This document shows, piece by piece, positions 63,601 through 64,000 of a stretch of 64,000 bases of DNA. Under the pieces are notes generated by a model. The model did no database searches. It was given only the letters and a program-made list of their open reading frames with translations, and was not told the origin of the DNA. Source of the DNA: Balanoglossus misakiensis (taxonomy: Eukaryota > Animalia > Hemichordata). The stretch is taken from positions 1,641,854 through 1,705,853 of the forward strand of contig CM082596.2 of NCBI GenBank assembly GCA_040954595.2, given 5' to 3'. Both the position numbers and the translations under genes were made by a program. The first letter of the stretch is position 1. Each line of letters starts with the position of its first letter.

Positions 63601-63896
63601 TGCAAAAATCGGTACAGTGTAATTTAAGGCGGGTGGGATTACAGAGTCAGGAGTTTCTTGTGTCATCACAGTAGAAGAAGAAACAGATCATGTACCTGAC
63701 GACAGAGAAAGTGTGCAGCAGGTTTCGAAACAAAGTAGTGTTCAGAGCGGTGATGAAGATGGAGATGTGGGAGACGGGGATGGTGCAGAACAGGTTGATG
63801 AGAAGGGTGGTGTTGATGATGGTGATGGTGATGATGAAAAAGGGGATGATAGTGTGTCTTACGACCAGGAGGATGAGAAAGCAAGTTTTGAAGAAG
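51613..63896 (+). CDS. NME8: Thioredoxin + three NDP-kinase domains + acidic tail (NME8/NME9/TXNDC3, outer-arm dynein IC1 type); 3' end outside window
   Basis: VDVYQKWCGPCK thioredoxin motif; NDPK motifs VAVIKPDAV, LAIIRPDA, LAVIKP, NAVHAADS, N(T/A)LHGSDS, NAIHASS. Core exons 51613-51703, 52039-52142, 52296-52484, 52769-52865, 54578-54660, 54866-54958, 55056-55210, 55367-55441, 55603-55721, 55968-56112, 56247-56354, [56696-56847 or 57084-57229], 60055-60199, 60385-60623. Acidic exons 60868-60927, 61313-61405, 62221-62361, 62499-62552, 63672-63896. Confidence 0.9.
52525..52698. mobile_element. Fold-back MITE in an NME8 intron
   Basis: TATACCCTTTTCATAA ... TTATGAAAAGGGTGTA ends, with inner arms ATCATGAATTTGAACTC...GAGGCCAATGGGGA / TCCCCATTGACCTC...GAGTTCAAATCCATGAT. 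Confidence 0.7.
53110..53292. mobile_element. Degenerate MITE
   Basis: TACTGTAAAA...TTTTCACTGGG..TTAATTTT and its inverted counterpart AAAATTAA..CCCAGTGAAAA...TTTTGCAGTA. Confidence 0.55.
56696..56847 (+). CDS. NME8 mutually exclusive exon A (152 nt)
   Basis: cacag|T TTA AGA...AAA G|gtagtc, encoding LRAQFSVEGLPVNTLHGSDSADRADKELNYFFPMQQTLAVIKPEAVGEHK; phase 2 to phase 1. Confidence 0.88.
57084..57229 (+). CDS. NME8 mutually exclusive exon B (146 nt)
   Basis: cgtag|T TTG CGT...AAA G|gtagac, encoding LRAQFTLGDINALHGSDSAKAADKELQYFFPLQQTLAVIKPDAAEEQK; phase 2 to phase 1; paralogous to exon A. Confidence 0.88.
57469..57495 (+). CDS. Candidate 27-nt frame-preserving microexon (DAPSIYRSK)
   Basis: ttgccaacttcttccttacag|ATGCACCATCCATATACCGTAGTAAAG|gtgtgt; phase 1 to phase 1; no stop in frame. 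Confidence 0.55.
59529..59566. repeat. Imperfect (CA)n microsatellite in an NME8 intron
   Basis: Seen directly. Confidence 0.85.
61491..61608. promoter_or_regulatory. Cluster of four CArG boxes
   Basis: CCATATATGG at 61491, CCAAATATGG at 61521, CCATATTTGG at 61570 and CCAAATATGG at 61599. Confidence 0.5.
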
Positions 63897-64000
63897 GTAT
63901 ATATACACCACATGGAGTTTATGTACCACACTGTCAATGAAAATTGTGTTTGATGTGTGTTGTATTCAGAATCTGTTGTCCAGTCAGTGTTGTTTGTTTT

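Overview
Gene-dense, intron-rich animal DNA, most likely a marine invertebrate deuterostome (the NPY-type peptide points to a hemichordate; inference). Left to right: 3' part of an NPY/NPF neuropeptide precursor (+, mature peptide missed by the ORF track); Rab5 (-) head-to-head with EFHB (+, one GC-AG intron); PIKfyve (-) with an intronless RING-Bbox-CC-NHL TRIM gene nested antisense in a 4.2-kb intron behind a TTAA-flanked MITE; a ~13-kb gene-free block with a G-rich minisatellite and a near-homogeneous ~26-copy 243/246-bp palindrome-bearing array; a CR1-type LINE 3' fragment; NUB1 (+); and a thioredoxin-3xNDPK gene (NME8/dynein IC1 type, +, runs off the window). The most striking signal is a layered splicing system in the NME8-type gene. 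Two duplicated, frame-incompatible exons encode the NDPK-2 active-site His, and the intron between them folds into a long G-U-containing stem that competes with a helix hiding the first exon's donor. They are followed by a 27-nt microexon, a three-way RNA junction, a dense TGCATG cluster and symmetric acidic cassette exons. All structures and exon boundaries were read by eye and need computational and RNA confirmation.
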